Assembly (NCBI GenBank): GCA_021800315.1
Contig: JAJYZD010000001.1
Location: 1-38,269, forward strand
Direction: 5' to 3'
DNA: 38,269 nt
Origin: Bacillota bacterium
GTDB lineage: Bacteria > Bacillota > Desulfotomaculia > Desulfotomaculales > JAJYZD01
This document shows, in pieces, positions 35,097-38,269 of the stretch. The notes beneath the pieces were generated by a model. It did no database searches. It saw nothing but the letters and a program-made list of their open reading frames with translations, and was not told where the DNA came from. Position numbers and translations under genes: made by a program. Position 1 is the stretch's first letter. Every line of letters starts with the position of its first letter.

Positions 35097-35156
35097 CCAC
35101 CACCGCCTCCCCCATCCATACTATGGCAGGCGGTCCAGGCTTGTCAACGTGTCAAC

Positions 35157-35200
35157 GTGCTAAAGCTGTTCGCCTAAAGGTGAAGGTATCAGACCTGTCG
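35157..35200 (+). repeat. Hairpin repeat element, copy C, about 60 nt upstream of the IS200-type tnpA
   Basis: GTGCTAAAGCTGTTCGCCTAAAGGTGAAGGTATCAGACCTGTCG has the same flanks as copies A and B. The stem sequence is changed but pairing is kept (TTCGCC/GGTGAA versus TCCGGC/GCCGGA). Confidence 0.6.
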
Positions 35201-35361
35201 TTTTAAAAATAAATGGAACTTCAGCAACAGGGGGTCCTTCTTCCCGCCGGTACCCCCACACTCCCTGAGTCGCGTTCAACTGGCCCCGCCTTCACGGTGA
35301 GCCCGTGGGAAAAGGCATCGAAACGGGGACCAAGATATCCTCGATGTTGAACAAAACAAAC

Positions 35362-36486
35362 TCAGTTTTCACCGTATCCCCTCTGTCTCCCCGCCAGAGT
35401 TTTCTGGCACTCACGTACCGCGCCGGTAGAGCCCTTCGAAGGGGCGTAGACGTAGGGTTTGTTGTGCCTTTTGCAGATGGCCTCAATGTCCGGTATGCGG
35501 TGGCTCATCATTTCAGTGACGATCACTACGATGTCCGAACTGCGGACCTTGCTTTCGATGCTCTTTCCCGTGCCGCCCTGAAAGCCGGACTCCCAGAGAA
35601 ATTCCGCCCCCCGGCGGGTAAAGTTGCGGTGAAACGCATCCCGGTAAAGGTCGCCCCCGACGACCAGCACCACCCGGCCTGAAAGGATCGGGTCCCCGAT
35701 CTCCAGAGCCGGTTTCTCCCTTCTTTCCTGCCGATGCACCGTTTCTCGGGTTTTCTCGCGGAATGGAGAGTCGTCGAACTTCCAGGCCACCCTGGCGCTG
35801 TGCAGTTCGCCGCAGGGGTAGGCCACCTCAACCTGGTCTCCTTCTCTTAAGTTCAGTGTTTTTACGTCTTTTGGATTGAGGGTAATCGCCGTACCCTCTT
35901 TCTCGCTGTAGACGAACCACTCGCCGTTATGGTGGTAAACTGGTCCCATCGTCGACTCGCGCTGACTGGTGTGGCCCAGTCCGACTTTTTCTATGACCGC
36001 GAACTCGTAGAGCTGCGACCCATGGATTATGTCCAGGGGAACTGCGGAGACGATGTCCCTGTGCTCAATCTGTAGGTTCCTGACCCACACCTCGGGAACA
36101 AAAACGTCATCACCCGCCGGGTTATAAATTGTTCCTCCCTTGGGCAGGCGGGTAAATTCGCCAACGACCCTGCCGGGGATGTCGTCCTCGTATTCTCCGT
36201 CCAATGTCTGGTCCGTAGGCTCTGTTCCCTCTACCTCGTCATTGTCGTATTCCCCTGGTCGTGACTTATCATATTCGGCGTCCTCGGATAGGCCGAGTGT
36301 TTTAAAAAACACACTCCGGTATTTTTGTAAAGCAGCAACGAGTTCCTGCAAAGACTCCAGGTCCTCCATAAACAGCTTTCTATACAGTTCCCCGCCTGGT
36401 TCTTCCATCTTAGACCGAAGTTCCTCGATTGTCTGCTGAACAAGGACCGTCAGTTTCGCGTAAGTTACCCCGGGCATCGGCAACAC
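35362..36486 (-). CDS. DUF2325-domain protein with a long N-terminal extension
   Basis: The C-terminal VVLVVGGDLYRDAF...SSDIVVIVTEMMSH...YVYAPSKG fits DUF2325. The N-terminus has a coiled and acidic stretch followed by two beta-rich segments. Confidence 0.75.
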   Translation of the reverse strand: MLPMPGVTYAKLTVLVQQTIEELRSKMEEPGGELYRKLFMEDLESLQELVAALQKYRSVFFKTLGLSEDAEYDKSRPGEYDNDEVEGTEPTDQTLDGEYEDDIPGRVVGEFTRLPKGGTIYNPAGDDVFVPEVWVRNLQIEHRDIVSAVPLDIIHGSQLYEFAVIEKVGLGHTSQRESTMGPVYHHNGEWFVYSEKEGTAITLNPKDVKTLNLREGDQVEVAYPCGELHSARVAWKFDDSPFREKTRETVHRQERREKPALEIGDPILSGRVVLVVGGDLYRDAFHRNFTRRGAEFLWESGFQGGTGKSIESKVRSSDIVVIVTEMMSHRIPDIEAICKRHNKPYVYAPSKGSTGAVRECQKTLAGRQRGYGEN

Positions 36487-36501
36487 CTTCTCCCCTTTTG
36501 C

Positions 36502-36663
36502 TTAATAACCTTGCCCGAATTGCTTGTTCCATTCCGGGGCTACTATGCGCTGTCCAGTTACCCCGTCTGACTCGTTGCCGGCAAGGTACACGGCAGACGG
36601 CACAATGATCTCCGGCTTAAGCAGGCTGTGGCGGATCTTTTCCGGCATGCCTTCCGGAATCAT
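36502..36663 (-). pseudogene. C-terminal fragment of a short-chain dehydrogenase/reductase
   Basis: LKPEIIVPSAVYLAGNESDGVTGQRIV resembles the SDR tail (G.PEEIA.AV.FLAS....ITGQ). No Rossmann N-terminus lies upstream. Confidence 0.4.
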
Positions 36664-37079
36664 TCCCGTCTCCGTGGCTCCTTATCAGATCACTGCCGGC
36701 CGCAATATTTCTTGTATTTTCTCCCGCTGCCGCACCGGCCCACCGGACCGACCGGCCAGGGACAGGGTGGGCCGCAACAAACCCTGTCCTGCGGGAATAC
36801 TTGGCCACGATACCGTCCTCGTATTCCAACAAGTCAAGTCCATCACCCGTATCCCCCATCATAAAAGAGTATTTGACCGGCAAAAGCCGTTTCTCTGTCA
36901 GTCAAAGCCGGTAGGAGGAGGCGGTCAGCCCCCACCCACAACCGTACGGATCGTTCGGTATCGGCGGTTCACCATACTTACCCAGGCATGACCACATGGC
37001 TAATGTGATGATGTGCGATTCGTGCTGTGGCTCATTAGACCCTCGCTTGCAGTCGTCCGGGCTTTACCCCTTGGCCAAG

Positions 37080-37943
37080 TCAATTTATCTGGGTCTTGGG
37101 TAATCCTTTGAGAAAAATGGCCTCTCTTATATGACCACAGAACGAGCCAGAAATAAATGAGGGCCAATAGAGCCTCGAAAGACCATACTTCATCAGCTGA
37201 TTTAAACCGCCACCGCTGTTGCCACCAGCAGCGAGATTTGGAAGTACGTCCCGGAAATAAGCAAGCCATTCGTTCTTGGCAGGGCTCTGGATGACGTAAG
37301 GAGTTGTAATGACTATGGAATAGCGATAACGGTCATTAAGCGGGGGCACAACCCTAACAAACCACAGCTCGCCTTTCTCCCCGGTGTAGCCGGCAGGTAC
37401 AAAGCAAGTTTCCACTCTCTCCGAAATTAACTCCCTTAATATCACGTACTTGCCTGCTAGGCCGCAGTGCTCATAAATGCCCATTCGCGAAGCCTGCATG
37501 ATGTCAATCACATCAAGCATAAAGTCGGTTCCTTTCGGCGGAAATAGCATCAGAACTTCAAATGTATCGATTAGGCAAGTAGCAACGGTTTCCTTATCGG
37601 GCCCAAAAGGGACGTCGAAACATAACCAACAAGTAAAATAGCTTTTCGTAAGTGGACTCCAGCGAGGACCACGGGGCATATATCTTTTGGTCGCGATGTC
37701 AGCTATTTGGCGACACTCTTCCAGGGCCGCCAGGCCAAGAATATTCTCGCAATAATGGGATACCATATTTTGAGCCGAAATATAGCAAGCATGTAGCGGA
37801 TCATGCCCCATCTTTACTAATTTATCAACCGATTTTACATCCTTAGAATTAAAGAAATCGGACAGCTGGGTTACCTTTTCTCTGCGGGTGCAAAGGTTGT
37901 TTTTTCGAATTTCGGATATAACTTTACTTGATAACCTACCCAT
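37080..37943 (-). CDS. Hypothetical 287-aa protein in a lower-GC patch
   Basis: The ATG lies 8 nt after GGAGG. It is a long ORF with protein-like composition, but no family was recognised. The C-terminal end may be frame-ambiguous. Confidence 0.55.
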   Translation of the reverse strand: MGRLSSKVISEIRKNNLCTRREKVTQLSDFFNSKDVKSVDKLVKMGHDPLHACYISAQNMVSHYCENILGLAALEECRQIADIATKRYMPRGPRWSPLTKSYFTCWLCFDVPFGPDKETVATCLIDTFEVLMLFPPKGTDFMLDVIDIMQASRMGIYEHCGLAGKYVILRELISERVETCFVPAGYTGEKGELWFVRVVPPLNDRYRYSIVITTPYVIQSPAKNEWLAYFRDVLPNLAAGGNSGGGLNQLMKYGLSRLYWPSFISGSFCGHIREAIFLKGLPKTQIN

Positions 37944-38269
37944 ATCTCAATTCCTCCGTCAAAACAAGCGAGCATCGTTTCGACAACGTCCCGCACCTTG
38001 TCATAGCGTGGAATACCCATTGAAGTGGTTACCCTATTGGTCTGAATCAAGTGAAAATACCCGGCCTGGACGTTCCACAGTTTCCGCATTCCGGGCTGGG
38101 GACGCCACCCGGAAAGCTCCCCGGTGGCTGAGCCACGCCGTGCGGAAAATCAAGATCAGACCCATGTAGTCGATACGAAGATCCATTACGCACGCTCCCC
38201 GTGTCTCCTCTTGCTTGTAGTGCCCTAAGACGGCCGGTTAGTGAACCATGTACAGTAATCTTGCACCGG

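Noticed and set aside
38047-38268. An open minus-strand frame entering from the right edge (..SPECGNCGTSRPGIFT*).
   Set aside because: It is only 73 codons, cut by the window edge, with GC-rich low-information sequence and no recognisable family. It cannot be supported as a gene from this window alone.

Overview
This is a GC-rich chromosomal segment (judged by eye) whose gene content and RBS/promoter style suggest an anaerobic, spore-forming Firmicute, probably Peptococcaceae-like; that placement is inference. The backbone is ordinary core metabolism. It includes dinB, an sdhCAB/frd operon (di-heme cytochrome b type), a ferredoxin, a GT4 glycosyltransferase, a hemerythrin-domain protein and speD. 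A tightly packed plus-strand block follows: hepS-like, ubiE/menG, ubiD, ubiA, mqnE, mqnA, mqnC (futalosine menaquinone route), then selA and selB. After that come a PPC/DUF296 - FeS/DUF3786 - marR minus-strand unit, an AICARFT-only purH, DUF1657 and a DUF185 methyltransferase. Two accessory or decay zones interrupt this backbone. (1) About 25.1-29.7 kb is a visibly lower-GC island with a disrupted IS91-family transposase, a small zinc-ribbon ORF, and a translationally coupled pair: an unrecognised 332-aa protein followed by a complete C5 cytosine methyltransferase. (2) About 32.6-38.1 kb holds an ORF-free structured stretch, a pRiA4b-ORF3 family gene, a DUF218 pseudogene, a truncated IS200-type tnpA, a DUF2325 gene, an SDR fragment and an unrecognised low-GC 287-aa gene. 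The most unusual sequence-level signals are four. First, a hairpin element with conserved flanks and a covarying stem occurs at the window start, inside the mqn operon (twice, one copy deleted) and next to the IS200 tnpA. Second, two about 59% identical small paralogs, each with its own consensus promoter, bracket dinB and about 1 kb of ORF-poor DNA. Third, a consensus promoter is followed after about 50 nt by an intrinsic terminator, upstream of sdhC. Fourth, the island contains the uncharacterised partner of the methyltransferase. No rRNA, tRNA or CRISPR array was found. All family calls rest on motif recognition by eye, since no searches were run.
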